DNA from: Rhodosorus marinus CCMP1338
Lineage: Eukaryota; Plantae; Rhodophyta
Length of the DNA stretch: 64,000 nucleotides
Assembly: GCA_029953675.1 (NCBI GenBank)
Contig: JAMWBK010000005.1
Coordinates: 372,001 to 436,000 of the forward strand
Direction: 5' to 3'
Shown: one piece after another, positions 1 to 14,097 of the stretch
How the letters are laid out: the number at the start of each line of letters is the position of its first letter
How positions within the stretch are numbered: position 1 is the stretch's first letter
Made by a program: the position numbers and the translations under genes
The notes under the pieces: generated by a model
The model's database searches: none
The model's input: only the letters and a program-made list of their open reading frames with translations
Told to the model about the DNA's origin: nothing

Positions 1-1434
1 AATCGCGCTTTTTTCCATTGCTTTCTTCGTTCTTCGTTCTTGGTCATCGCCTCTCTGTCTGCTGCACGGATTGCGTCCTGGTCGTGCTTTCTTCTTCCCT
101 CGTTGGTCTGTCTGAGCTTATACGTATGTTCAAGCATCAGGTTCTCAATCGCTTCAAATTCCCCGAAGTCTCGAATCTGCAAGCAATCGCTGGATGAAAA
201 CAGGCCGTGTCGCAGGCGCTTGAGGTATACGACGTGCCCTACACTTTTCTGAAACGGATAAAAGTCGACCCATTCAGCTTGGGCGTACGATGGGAGTTGA
301 AAATCAACCCCTATTAGAACGGTACCATGGTTTCTGCAATCCTCGGAGCTAACTCCAGTACTGATCCTGGTGATGACGTCTGGAATTCAATCGCAATCGA
401 TTTCTGATCTTGGTCTGTGACTTCGAGGCTAATCAACTTTGGCTATTGGTTCAAGTAGTGAATACGATAAGGATTAGCGGGGTCACTTGTTTTACAACCA
501 TTTCCACAATTAGTTCTGGGGACGTAGTTGTTTGTTCCACAACGTACCGAAGACAGATCATAGTCCACCCTTCGTGAAATTTCATCCGAGACTAGATTGT
601 CGAACTTCGCCAGACCAGGATATCTCCTCGCTACTAGTGCTTTGGTATGACTTGCTGATGATGCCGTTGGGAACTACGCCCAGCACAAGAAAACTTGTGA
701 TTTAGGAATCGTGAAGCATGCGCTGACTGTCACAGGAGGTTCCATTTGAGTTCTCTACGTACTCTGTTCCAGCTTTCGTTGTACATGCGGATGATCTCCT
801 CTGGCGTCGGGAGATCAACTAGTTGATCGCTGCCATATCCTTCGCTCGTTATACGCTTCGGTGGCCAGGTCTGAATAGATCGCGTAACCAGAAATGAGAA
901 TGATGAAAAGGTTTCGCTGATGAGTTTAACCGGGACGCGTACGTTTGTCTTGGTTCCCTTGCCCAGGCTGATTGTGCAAGAATATTCACACGTGTTATCC
1001 ACATCCGCTAGATGCGTCTCGGGCTCGTTTATTGAGACAATGAGGGTCCCTGAAGCCACCTGGTCAAGAAAGCCAAGGTGTTTGACTGAAATAAAGGATG
1101 TGAAAAGATCTCTTTAGTGCTGCTATTCGAAATCTGTTCGATGACACGCGATTATACCTTCCACGCTCTCAGGCCATCCGCACTTGACCAACTGCTGGCT
1201 GCCCATGGAAGCCGAGCGCTTCCTGAATGTGTCTCTTATTCTGACGAGGACATCTTCTATCGTCCACTCTTCAGGCTTGTCAACAGCAACAAATCCTGAA
1301 GGCAACTGATACTTTGGACCAGGGTTGCCAACCAAGTAGGGATAGCAGAACCGCCGATTTGCTCGTATGGATAGTCCACGTTTGATTGTCAGTCTATGAC
1401 TCCACAATGATCGTCGAGAGACTACGGTTTCCAT
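1..1434 (-). CDS. truB: TruB-family tRNA pseudouridine synthase, spliced, 3' end outside the window
   Basis: Joined exons give GFVAVDKPEEWT (motif I), then after a GT-AG intron (~1087-1155) KHLGFLDQVASGTLIV (GHxGxLD with catalytic Asp), EY..ISLGKGTKT, and near position 200 GHVVYLKRLRHGLFSSSDCL (C-terminal L.R...G.F motif). The Arg-rich N-terminus resembles an organellar targeting peptide. Confidence 0.8.
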
Positions 1435-1910
1435 CCTAAGCTTTCCAAACCCCGAACCTGCGTGCTCATCAATGCATCAACTCAGCCATCAATAGCGCAA
1501 GCACAATGCTTGTCTCAGAACTCGGGTCACTCCCTCCTGGCCGCTGAACTCAACGACTTCCCGAAGCCCGTGCGTCGATGACTCTGCAATTCGCAGTTGC
1601 TTCTGGAAGAAATAATCTACTCTAGATGATGCTCAGTCACCTTTCCTACCAGCCGGGGAGGACATAGTGTCGGTTTGAACGACCAGGAACTTGTCCCATC
1701 CTTGTAAGATAAGAGCTCTTCTTGAATTCTAAAGCAGTCCAGCGTTGTGGTGTATTTGGAACGACTGACACTCCTCTGTACACGGTGTTCATCGTCGATT
1801 GTTGGTTTCTGCCTAAGTGCGTTTTTATTTATCTCATCCGCTTCACTATTCTTCAACCTTTGCATAGTACTTCCTTTTCTTCGTTCCATTTTCGGGGAGC
1901 GGGAAAGAAG

Positions 1911-4279
1911 CTAATCGATCTTGACGGAAGAGAACATTTTCGAGACGAACAAGAACGCCGACTCAAACCCGATAAACCCTGCGAGCATTGAAAAGGTCAA
2001 GGAGATGAGGAACATATAGCCGATGTACATTATCGATGAGCCAATGTGCAACCCTCTCATCTCTGGTCGTAGAATGTGGAAGAACATGCTGTAGATGAAC
2101 ACGTAAAGTCCCGCACTCGCCGTGCTGAAATACGCCCTCCACCACCAGTTGTAGTCCTCGTTGGAGAGGAAAAAATACGTAATCACAATGCTGACTTCAG
2201 CGCAGGAGATCGCAAGAATTATGAAGACAACAAAAAGAAATCCGAACATGTAGAATAGCTTGTCTTGCCACAAGGCGTAAAGAATGAACCTCAGTTCAAT
2301 CAGGACACACGCAAAAGGCACAAGACCCGCAGCCAAAACGAACAGAGCGGAGTTCGTGCTAGCTCCTTCAGGAATTGGTCTGTGCACAGTATTGGTTTTC
2401 GTCTGAAACGAAGCCAAGCAGAAAAAATACCCGAGTTCAGCTAAAGGCAAATTCGCAAAAAGCTATTGCAATTGCGGGAAACGACCTACCGGATACTTGT
2501 ACTCGGCCCATCGGGATCCAAGGAATGATCCAACAAATGAAAGAGGAACGGAAATCGCAAACCAAAGCCCCATCAGGAAAAGGAGAGTGAAGAAGTTCAC
2601 CTTCGCAGTACTCCCAGAGAACCACAGGGTCATGTTGATCAAGAAGAAAATTCCAAACACAATACCGGGAAATACGAACAAAGAGCCGAAGTACACGAGC
2701 CTTTTATACTCTCCGCGGAACCCGACATACATTCTTGCAGTAACAAATCCTGCTACCGAGGTGGTGAGTACCCAAAAGAGCATGAGTCCGCTCAACAAAC
2801 CTCCTCTCCAAGCCGGAGAAAAGAATCCAAGCACAGCGAAGCCAAGGGTAAAAACAACGATAATGACAAGCTGCGCTCCATGACCACACAGTACGCAGAG
2901 TACACCGGCTGCTATCGGTGGACGGAAAACATCTCCGTGGACCTGCGAATTGAAGGAGAAGATCTAAGCAAACAACGGACGACACAACCCAAGCTTCATT
3001 TCGAGGTTCAAGTACTCACCTGCTTCCAGCCAGTTTCCTCCTGGGCTTCTGCGGAATCGTCGATGTTGTTGTACCGCGCAAAGTCCAAGTAGATCGTCCT
3101 GAAAAGCACGACTGCGACGAGTGCTGTCAGAAACAGCGTAATCGCAATCGAGTTCAGAATGACCAGCCATTGAACATGACGGAGCTCCGGGTCAGCTTCC
3201 AAGAGGTTGTCCCATCTCGTTGGCCATTTTATGTCGCTCTCCTCAAAGGTAACATCGTAAGTGAAAGTGATTTTCTGGCCCGCAGGATTGCCTGAAACAA
3301 CGAGCGGCTTCCCAGCATTGTTCTGAATAGAGCATAACAAAACCCGCCAACTCAGTTAGTGCCCCTCTCGTTCTATAGATTCGATCCTGCCCCTCGGATC
3401 TCGAGAAAGGGACCACGCGAAACCCAAATCGCACACTCTGAACCGTGGCCATGATCTTGCTGGCCAACGAGCTGGGCCTACTTCGTTGGCATTGGAGAAT
3501 TAGCCTACCTTGCACTGCTTGATTATCTCCTTGTCGCTGGCATCTCCGTAGTCCCTTGACTCGGGGCTACCCTCAAAGCCGACGATGTTGAAAACCTCCT
3601 CATCCTTTCTATTCTTGATGTTAAGATCAGTCGCGGAAAACTCGGACTTGTGATATTTTATGAGAAGTTTGTAGTGGTTGTACAGAACCGCATCGCCATT
3701 TTGGAATTTGCCGATCGGCATACCCAATATGGGGTACGATCCTTCACCACTCGTGCCCCTGATGACCAACGCCATGTTGTCCACGTTCAGATGCATGTAG
3801 TAATCCTCCTGGATCTTCTCACGAAGTGCCTTGAGCTGCTTTCCATTCAGAGTCTTCGTGCATTGAATACTGCACGTCCTATCTCCGAGCATGTACGCTT
3901 TCATAGCTGTGAGCTCATCTCTTTCTCCCATCAAGATCTCACCAAGGTTTGGCATATTTGTCCGTTTCTACGAAAATGTAGAACAATTGAAGAACAAAAC
4001 GAAGGATGAAGTCATTAGTCAGACTAGACAAATTCGACCAGAGTTGATCCCCTTCAGTGGATCCAAATGTACCTTCTCGACCTCAGGTTCACAGAAAGCC
4101 AGATTGTAGTAGTTGAAAGGCAACGAATCGTGGGTCGACTCCAACCGATCGGCGTAAACATCTATCGGAGAATCCTGCGTGTATGATGTGGTCGAGATCC
4201 CAGGCAAATAAAAGCCCGATACCATTCCAGTGACCATTACAGCCACCAACCCTACTACCCAACATCCCAACGCACCCAT
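1911..4279 (-). CDS. TM9SF: Transmembrane 9 superfamily (EMP70/nonaspanin) protein, 5 exons
   Basis: Signal peptide then FYLPG; LPFNYYNLAFC; NLGEILMGER; WPTRWDNLL; ETGWKQ|VHGDVFRPP; DYNWWWRAY; C-terminal FSSVKID. Four GT-AG introns join the ORF fragments in frame. Confidence 0.95.
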
Positions 4280-5872
4280 CTCGAACCTCCCACCCAAGAA
4301 CCCTTCCCGCAACCCACCAGTCCCCGAAGATAACTCAAACACAAAGTAAAATGCGCATGCAATCTTATCTCTTACAGAACGATCTTCACTCTCATGGCCC
4401 CTCAAGCCTCTAACTATTCCATATACTCTCACATTCCGCTTTGCCGATCGAATCCCCCATTCGCTCCTCCCCTTCAAAGCTAGAGTAGGTGACAATCCGA
4501 TATCATACTCCCAAACAGAAAACCCTTTTTTAGTACTTTTTCGAAAAGACACTTATGGCCCCCCTTAAAAACGTACGCATGTCAGCCCGTTCCAAAAAGA
4601 ATTAAATTTCAATCCAGTATAGGTTTTTTTTGACCATACCCACAAGACCACAGTTAAGTTTTCAGAACGAAGAAATGATGTATTCATAGTACCCTACTTT
4701 TAACCTCAGTTCCTCTCTTAGTATAGTTAATAATTAACTTTCAGCTTCATTTGAAGTTGACTCATAAAAGGGGGGGGGGGGAGAGGATGTGTCGTTTCAT
4801 ACGGTTTCTTCCCTCCCCCCCTATTTTGGGTATTCGGGGTATTTGCTCAGTTGCTCTGTTCCACGTGGCCGTGAACGCTGGTTGAATTTAGCCTTTGATG
4901 ACTTCAAGATTTGGGCTTATTCAATCCATATATCTCATTTATTCGGATAATATGAACTCATCTAGACCTTTCTTGGCCCTTATTTAGACAATCGTCCTAA
5001 GGATAGGGGGTATGATGAAAATGATTGAAATGCTCCTTTTTATTATAGTATTGAATTAATGTAAGCTTGAAAATTTTGAAACTTTCGATAGAGATGGGGT
5101 ATTTTGACTGCGAGGATGGTGGCGATTTCAAGGCTCGGCTGACATGTTGAGCAGAAACTGTTGACATTGCCGGCTTGGTCCCGTCAAGGCGTCCTTGAGC
5201 ATGACATGAGCTCATAAACCTCCCGGTTCCATGCCCTTTTCTTCTACAGATTTTCGTTTTATTTCGTTCATATCTTCACACGCTAGACACGTGAAAGTGC
5301 TGCATCCAGCCTGTCGCTTTGGTGAGAGGCTTACATCAGGAAACGGCGGCCCATGGCTGCCTCCAGCTCATTGCGATAACAAATTTTCTCCCTGTACAAG
5401 CACTAATGATACATCAGAACACTGTAACTCTTCTACAGCTGTTCACAACCCCGGATCGAGTCCAGCCCCATGTCGGACACCCAACAACACTTTTGGCAAC
5501 AACATTTTTGGAACTCCTCGTCCCAGCTCATGCGGACCCTCCCAGGCATATTCTCGCCAAGATGTCGGCGATGTGTTGATTCCTGCGTACTGAGGACATG
5601 CTCGAAGTCGTCGATTCCTCCCCGTATATTACAGGAAACCCTGAAAACACGACACGCTCGTCAAACCGTTTGAAAATGGACTTCCCAAGCTTGCTCTAGT
5701 CCCTATCCGTCTCCTTTGCCGCCATCGGTTGCTCGTGGATCTGGTGGCTCTTGCAAATCCGACACGTCTTGAAGGTCGTCAAAGCCCCTGTATGTGCACA
5801 GCAAAGACCGGGCAACGTGAGTAACGTACAAATCCAAAAAGTGCGTCTAGAACATTCGCTGGAACGGTAGCC

Positions 5873-8674
5873 TTACGAGTTGAAAAGAGGGTTAAACTTA
5901 GCGAACGACTGAACGTCCGAGCTCTTGTTCTGCTCCACCGGGTCACTATTTTCTATAGGCACATAGACGTTGAAGCCTCGAGCCGAAGTACCGCTGTTGG
6001 TCTCCTTCGCCAACGGAGCTGCATACTGCTGGACCCTGGTTGGTACAGTGTACAAAACAGGGGGGGCAAACCCAGGCTGACTGCTCCGTGGAAAACCAGA
6101 GTTCGGGCCATCATCCAGGGGCCAGGACGGCTGGCTCGGATTCAAGTCATAGTTAGGTCCTGTTGGTACATAAGGCGGTGGGGAAGCACGGCTGCCAAGA
6201 GGGCTAGGGTTTTTGTACAACTGCGGCGCTTTTGATCGATCCACCTGAATATTGTTAGGTTGGTGCTCATCCCATCCCACATTAAGATTCTGGAAAGCCT
6301 CGTCGATTCCGCGATTATCCACCTCAATCTCGCCTCGACTGCTCTGCCAAGTACCACCGGCGCCGCTCTGACCACGCCTTGACCGAGCGCTGCCCTCCTC
6401 TTCCGATGCGTTCCTCTCCGACAAACCCGATACTGGCGGGTATAGGCTTGGCTTTTTGATAGCAGCTGATTCCATGCTCTGTCCAGCGCTTTGATGGTGC
6501 ACTTGATGATTCATTGTTGGTGAAGCAAGGGGCGGTGGTGACACTGAGCGCCTTGCGAATTGTGCGCCAATTGCGGCGGTTTCAACCTCCAGCGCTCGCT
6601 GGTGAAGCTGCACATCGAGGTCGTTCCGCTCGGGTTGTACAAAGGTGTTCTGTCCAGTTGGCAAGTTCGTTCTCGGCTTTCCAGCCCCGATTGGTCTCGA
6701 GCCCATCAAATCGGGTCGAGGCGGCGAGGCGGAATTCCTAGCCATCCGCTGTTTGAAAGACTCATAAGCAGGTGCTTGTGCCGGTGCCACACTGGGTTGC
6801 CTTAGACCAGCCGCGTTCATCTGTCGGGGCGACTTCACAGGTCCGTTTCGATGGCCTTGATGATCAACAGTCCCGTCGAATGCACCATGTGTGTTTGTTC
6901 CCGTTCTCAGCCCATGATAGTTGGTGGGTTGGGGAGGGGGTGTGACCTGGCCTCCAATTCCAGCTCGACGATCAGCACTGTTGTAAACCTCCGATGGTCT
7001 CGAGCTCTGACCAGGCAATGGTGCGTTTATCTGCACGCCGTTATGTGGTCTCTGCTGGTTCGAGCCCCGCTGTTGAAACTGACTAGCATTGTCCATCGTG
7101 CGCGCGTGTGAAGTCGTGTCCCTGCTATGGTATCCTTCAGTAGACCCCGCCTGCGCGCCGGACTCAAACTGCGCTCGCATCATGCGATCGTCGAGTTGAC
7201 CCGTAGTCCCATCTAGAATCGGGATAACGAAGGAAAGAGGAGTGAGCGGGAAGCCTCTATAGGACGCTTGAGCCAGTGAGGTGCTGATCAAGTCCCGTTT
7301 GTGTTGGTGTCCAGAGGAAAACTTACTTGGTCCATCCCACCGATCCGGAAACCCGTTAACCATAGGAGAAACAAACTTTCCTCCGTTCTGAGGCCATTGC
7401 TGTTCGTGCACCTTCTGCTGCGGAAAGCGAGTAGCAGTATTCAGGTTCTGGGCTGCAGTTGGTCTTTCTGGCAGGATTTCAGGATAGCGATCGGGAGCCG
7501 CTGAGACAACGTTACGTTGAACAGCCAGGGAATCGGTGAAAAACGGATACTGCATCGCCTGTTCCGCAGTTGGGCGACGTGATGGCTCATAGCTGATCAT
7601 ATTGGCAATCAACTGACGCGCACTTGAGCTCGCAAAAGGAATAATTTTCTCTAGTGGCGCCGGCTGAAGCTCTCTAGCATACGAGAATCTCATTTTGGAC
7701 GTAAGCTTTTTTCCGTCAGGCCAATTCGATTGAGTCGGAGTTCCCAGGATCTGCGCTATCTTCATCAACTGGTCGGCCTCGTTCCGTCCTTTGCAGTCGC
7801 CGAGAATGGAAATATGATTGTGAGCATCACAGGTTCCGACATAAGTTAGAAAGGGATGAAGAGAAGCTTGGAACCAGCATACCAGGAAAAAGAGGTCTTA
7901 GCGAGAACACTTCAGCCACAATAGCTCCCACAGCCCAAATGTCTGTGGGAATGCTATAAGATCCACGTAGTAGAACCTCCGGAGCTCTGTACCAACGAGT
8001 TGAGATGTACCTACACAAGATTAGCTCAAAGAATCAGTCTCTGCTTTCGGACCAATCAAAGCAGCTTTGTCATCCTTTTTGTCTGAAAGTGGCTCTACAG
8101 GGCGCTTACTCTGTGTATGGTGGGGCAGATTCGACCTCTCTAGCAAGGCCAAAGTCGGCGATCTTCAAAGTTTCGAAATCAGCCCCCCCAAGGAGCAAGT
8201 TTTCGGGCTTCAGATCCCGATGAAAAAAGCCTTGCTTATGCACCGCCGCTAGCCCTCTCAGGACCTGAAAGAACCAGCTCCTGAGCAGCTTCTCCGAGAA
8301 AGGTGTCTCTCTGTCCTTTATCACCTCATACAAATTGCAGGACATGTGCTCGAATACCAAGTAGAGGACATCCTTTTCTCGCAGCACTTCTCTAAGTCGG
8401 ATAACATTAGGATGGTTGATGACTCGGAGGGCCTTCACCTCCCGCAATTGGAGGCACTCCTCCCAGGTCGCGAAGCGCTTTTTCATCTTCTTAATCGCCA
8501 CCTGATGACAAAAATGAGAGTACAATCAGAAACCGGCTTTCGGATACTAGCAGAGCCATCTGCAGCTACCACGGAGACTAATCTCACCTGTTCCCCAGTC
8601 TTGGAGTCCTGGGCAAGCATGACAGTGCCATAAGTTCCATGGCCTATAACTTGCCCTACCCAATATCGATCCAT
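5873..8674 (-). CDS. MAK: MAK/ICK (RCK-family) CMGC Ser/Thr kinase with a long low-complexity C-terminal tail, 4 exons
   Basis: [56 protein letters not shown]|[11 protein letters not shown] (TEY activation motif). Three introns. Confidence 0.93.
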
Positions 8675-11120
8675 CTTGAAATCTAGCACCTCAAAAGCTT
8701 AAGGTCTCAGTTCACAGGGCCACGAGATGGAAGTTCATACTAGCCTCAAGTTGGGCTATACCTCGAACAAAGAAGTTCGTAATTATGTCGCGCAAACTCT
8801 CCATGCAAATTCCCTCTCTGTCACAAAGACAGAAAAACCCGGAAAACCTCTCGCTCAAGTGCAACAGACACCCGTTACATACCGCAGTGCGCAAAAGCTT
8901 TCAAACCACATAGCACTTCCAAAGGAAGCCGTTTTCCAGGCAACTCAGACCAACACCCAGCTCCTCAAAGACCCAACAAACTGCTTTTCCTCTAGCCCTC
9001 CCACTCAGATCCCACCAAACCCTAAAACTCACCCTTCCAATCGCCTCCAGAGCAAACCACCGACTTCCCAACGTGAGCCAAAGCCCCCCAAACCAATTCA
9101 CCCCTTTCCTCACGAAGCCCCTCCCAAACAAAAACAAAACAACCCCTCAATAATACAAAATAGCTCTCTGCTATCCAATCTCATAAAAACTCTTCACATA
9201 CTATTGCCAAATCCTCCTTTCCAAAGCAAAACGTCTACAGCTCTTCCATCCTTGCGTCTCCCATACACCCAACACACACCTTTCCCACCCCCCCCCCCAC
9301 AGAAGCCCCTCTTCCACAGCTCTCACAACCTCTGAAAAAAGCAAAAACTCCTCTGCCCTTCCCCAAAATATCCAATATTTTAAATGCCATTCAAAACCAT
9401 CCATCCCAAATCTAAATGATCAATCTCCACACGATTTTAAAATGACTGACTCAACTAAAACTAGGGTTGTCATGTTTTGTCCAAAACAAATCTTAGTACT
9501 AATATTAGTACATGTAGAACGTACTAAATGACGGAATTTCCGCTCCGATCAAAACAAATCAAAAAAAATTTGTCCGCTAAACGACCTCAAATAAAACAGG
9601 TTTTTAGAAATTTTCTTGAAAATATACTGTAAATTAGTTCGTTTATTGGATATTTCATGTCCTTCCGTTTTTATCAGACTCGTCCGATAAAAATTTTACC
9701 GGACATTTTATGACATATTGCTAAAACAAATATTATGCCACTTTATATTGACTGACAAATTGTTTTTCTTCCGTCAGAACATAAAATCAAGGTTTCCACA
9801 AATTCAAAGGGAAGAAGGAAAAAGCATGGAAAAACTGGACTTGTTTTTAACGATATTTCACGATAGAAAATTATGGAAAAGGATGAAACGCATTTTCAAT
9901 CAAAATACACTTGTTTAGTCAACTAATGGCCAATGGAAGCGAAGAAACGTCTTTCTGCGCAAGCGTGTTTTTGGGGGGTTCGTTTTTAGTTCTCCTGAGG
10001 GGCAACCCTGAAATCAGTATGGTGAGGAAAAGAGTGTTGCACGCGTTGACCAGGGTAGGGCTTAAGGAAACCAAAACCACACTTGAACCCCGCTTCGTAG
10101 TTGAGTGAGCGTCTTCGATTATGTCCTTGGAAAAAATCATCACCCGGCTATAGCGATGGACAAACCATGGGAGGTCAATGTTGACGACGACAAGCATAGG
10201 AAGTTGGTGCTGGGTTGGTCAAGCGCGAGCGTACCCCGCGTCTTTTGTTGCATCGCATATTCGCTGCAGTTGCACTTGGAACACTCGGTTATGCTATTGT
10301 TAGATCCATATCTGTATATGCCATTGGGGGCTCACTGCCTACTCGCGGTTCGACCTGCAAAATCCGGAAGACTGGAAAGGGTTGCGGGATGTACCTTTGC
10401 GCACCACGGCATGAAGGCGGTGTTGATCGCCTGCACAGGAGTCGGTTGAAATGGTACGGTGCCACGTGCAAACAGGAGCCAATAACTGCAGCCCAAAGGT
10501 AATTCGCGTTTGATTTACAATCGGCAAACGCGTCTTCGGTGGAGCCCACGGAAAGGACCGTGTTTGCTAATGTCTTGGGAAACTATGTCTGAACGAGGAA
10601 AGTCATCGCAGAATGAGCAAGAAAATATAGAATCGTACAACCCCGAAGTTATTCTCCGATAGGACTTTAGCGAGGAAGGATCGCTGTTTACACAGAAATA
10701 ATCAGGCTGCACGAATCTTTTCACTGCCATTGCATGAGAGACTAGGAGAGTCTCAAGTACCATCCCAAGCCAAACTATAGTAAAACGATCTGAGCTTCCG
10801 GACAACCCCCACCGTGCCCATCCGTTCTTCAAACCGTCAATATCCTCGCACGCAAAATCTGAAAACAAATTCCCATGTGCAAGGCAGGACATTAAAGGGG
10901 TCTTCACCATACCCAAAAGGCATCAGTCATCAACGTACGATGCAAGCAGCTGAATAAGCCGGCAGAAGTACATCAACCTCTGTCCACGTGCTTCTCCCCC
11001 ATCCGCAAACTGTCAGCTATTCCAGTTCTGCCAACGGCGCGCGGCGGTCTAGTACTGCGGTGTGGTAGTCTTTCGGGGAAGGGGATGCAGGTTCCAGAGA
11101 CGGCTGCTGTCTAAAGAACG

Positions 11121-13970
11121 ATGGCGCGTCCAAGCGAAAGAATACTAAACGTACTTTCTTCACTAAACACTCAAGAACGTGAGCAGAGGATCTCCAAGGC
11201 GAAGGTGTTAGGTGAAGAATCAACTGCCTACGTTCAGAAGCGGCTGGTTCGTGGTACAGCGTCATCAAATGGTTCCGCGAGAGAGGCGTTCTCCCTGGCT
11301 CTAGTATCTGTTCTCAAGAACGATCCTGAGTCCGTTCAGAGCGTGAAGAGCTTGATTGATGCCGAGTTGATCGGAAAGGGGGGGAGAAGAGAGGAGAGAG
11401 AAGCAACGCTTGGAAGGCTCTTTTGCATCGCCGCTTTCCTGAGGAGTAAAACGCTCGACTCAAGCTCAGAGCTTGTAAAATGGGCTATAGGAGAGCTTTT
11501 CAAAGCCGCAGAGACGGAGCGGGGGCTGAGCGATCTAGCATTGTTCCTGGCTGTTCAGATGCGATTGACTGTGCCGGCCAACGCTGTCGTCGAGAAGCAA
11601 TGTTCAGCGTGGGCAACGAAGAGGGACACAGCGGATGGAGCTGCGATGAAAATTCTGCTTGAGCAAGCGGATCCAGTGGATGTGGGTCCCTCTCTAATGA
11701 CGTGGTTTGACAATGGGTTTATTATGCCAAAAGCACCATATTGCTGGATCCTCTCAGTACAACAAAGCGCACGACGCGGCGCCTTGGACAAATTCTGGCT
11801 CAAAGTGGTTGAAAACCGACTGCTGCGCTCCAGCGCCGCTGAGAAGCGGAAGCTCGGTCTTAGACTTGTGCCTACCGCGCTTGCGCTGGCGAAAACCGCG
11901 ACAAACGTTGAAACCATCCTGACGAAGCGTACCGTCCTGCAACTTGCAAACGCAAAAGTCACCGCTGATGAGGTACGTCGCTCTCCGTCCTCAACAAGCT
12001 AGTAATAACTCGACTCGGCACCAATTAACTCCTTTTGCCTTCTGTTCCTGACATGAAAAAGCTCGTAGCAGCTATAGGGGAAACGGCTCCGAAAGCACTA
12101 CCATCCATTGCGTCAACTTTTGGACGACTAGGTGGATTTGGGGCTGCTCTGGTAGCGGCTGTAGAAAGGATGAACTCGGACGAAGAGGCCGCACTGATTA
12201 GAAGAACGCGCGAATGGGAGCAGGTAAAAGCTGTATCAACCCTGTCGGCAATATGGAAAGCTCGCAAATCGTTTCACGAGGACGTCGCGAAGGAACTGAG
12301 CGCTAGAGATGCGACAACTTCGGTTATCCAGCTGGCTGCGGAGTTCGGACCTTCGACATTGATAGATTTGTACAATCTCCTCTCTGATATGACTGAGATG
12401 AAGTACATCGATTCCGACACGGCTCGTGAGGAGAATGCAAAGAATCTAATTGCCGGTTCTGGCCGGCTTTGTGGAGAGGAGTTAGACGAGAATAATTCTA
12501 TCATGCAGTCTATCGCGGACCTGCTTCAGTTGGAAAGTGCAACAATGCGATCTGTGGCTGTCCTCGCGTTCAATGAGATCATGCGTCAAATTACCTTTGA
12601 GGATCTGCAACCTCTTTTCGAGCTGCTTGATGAGCCGATAAGCGACGACGAAGAAGATGATGCGGAGGAGGAGGAGCTCTCTGAGGATGAGGATGAGGAA
12701 TCGGAGGGTGGCTCCTCCAGTGAAGATGGAGATGAAGCGGAAGGGGATGGGCAAGTCGAGGAGACGAATTCGTTGGAAAGAGTCGAATCGGAGGCGGAAG
12801 AGGAAGAGGAGAACAGATCTATGTCGGACATTGACATGGACGATGAAGACCCGGAAGTGCTTGCAAGATATGATCAAATGCTGGGATCAGTGGTCAAGGA
12901 AGCCACACTTTCTGAGAGGCAGCAGAGAAAACGAGATCTTGAGGCACGAACGCACGTTCGCTCCAAAGCACTTGATCTTCTTGCAAAGTACATCACAGCA
13001 ACAAGGAAGACCAAAAAAGGACTAGAGAACATTCTTCTGCTGATCCCGCTACTTCTGGATGTGTCCATGATGCAAGATAGAACATCAAGCGACAAGGCAG
13101 AAGGTCTTTTGATTAAGAAAGTTCTTCGATCACCCGCCGAGTTTAGTAGCTGCAATTCTGAGCGTGTATTAGAAGTGCTGAAAATGAGCATGGACAAGGT
13201 GCTCCTTCCGGAAGCTCGAAAGGCCGTGCACCAATGTGAGCGTGCGGTATCCTTCCTTTTGACGGTTGCGCTGAGGAGTGGAGTACAGAGAAGTCTAGTC
13301 TCTGCAGAGTTCGAGAGGGGCTGGACTACGTTCGCGAGCGCGCGGAAAGACCTAGGCCTGGGCAGAGAGTTTGGCGAGCTGGTGAGTTCATCAAATCCCA
13401 GCGTGGTCCTGGACTGCTTTGACTCTATACTGGATACTGCGGTGGACGGTAAGACACCATTCGTACAGGGTATCGCCTTGCAAACTCTTGCAGCGACGCT
13501 CAAGTCTGCTCCACGGAATGGTAGGACCTTTGAAAAAAGTGCTTCTTCGCTTAACGATGACAACCCCCGCGAATTCTACTTAATGCGATTCTGCCGTATT
13601 CACCTTTTTTGCAGAAGAAAGCATTTTGGACCCATCCAAATGCACAGCTGCTGAGGAGGCTATTGCGAAAATAGCACGTAAGGACGGGAGCAATTTCAAA
13701 GCTGCACGCGTACGCGATGTTTTGGCCTTATGTAGTGTCCTCACAGAACTGGAATATATGGGGAAGAACGCGAGAGCAATCGGCGATTCGCTTCAAGCAA
13801 TGTCATCGTGGCAAGTGGTTCAAAACAATGGAGGATTGCGGAATATCGTCGAGCAGTTAGAGGAACGGCTTGGGGAGGGCACTGCAGATGGCGACGAAGA
13901 AGAAGGTGCAAGGAAGAGGAAGTCCAAGGCGTCAGGAGCTGGTGACAGAAAATCTCAAAGAAGGAAGTGA
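11121..13970 (+). CDS. MYBBP1A: Myb-binding protein 1A / DNA polymerase phi (Pol5) family nucleolar protein, 3 exons
   Basis: YVQKRLVRGTASSNGSAREAFSLAL matches the family N-terminal motif; helical repeats; central acidic tract followed by MSDIDMDDEDPEVLARYDQMLG; basic C-terminus. Introns at ~11972-12061 and ~13521-13614. Confidence 0.85.
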
Positions 13971-14097
13971 ATGGACTTCAACCGCTTGTACTAATACTAC
14001 TACGACCGTAACCGCAAATTTAATTTCGCCATTCCGCTCTTGTAGAACTCGCGCTTATTTAGAAATGTAAACTTGGAACGTTGAAGCTAGATTTGGG

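Noticed and set aside
5231-5800. Overlapping short ORFs downstream of MAK
   Set aside because: No motifs, no clear splice signals, and none of the frames is favoured.
8727-9335. 202-aa P/Q/K/T-rich plus-strand ORF
   Set aside because: Non-ATG start; it lies in the C/A-skewed leader of MAK, where stop codons are depleted by composition; no recognisable motif.
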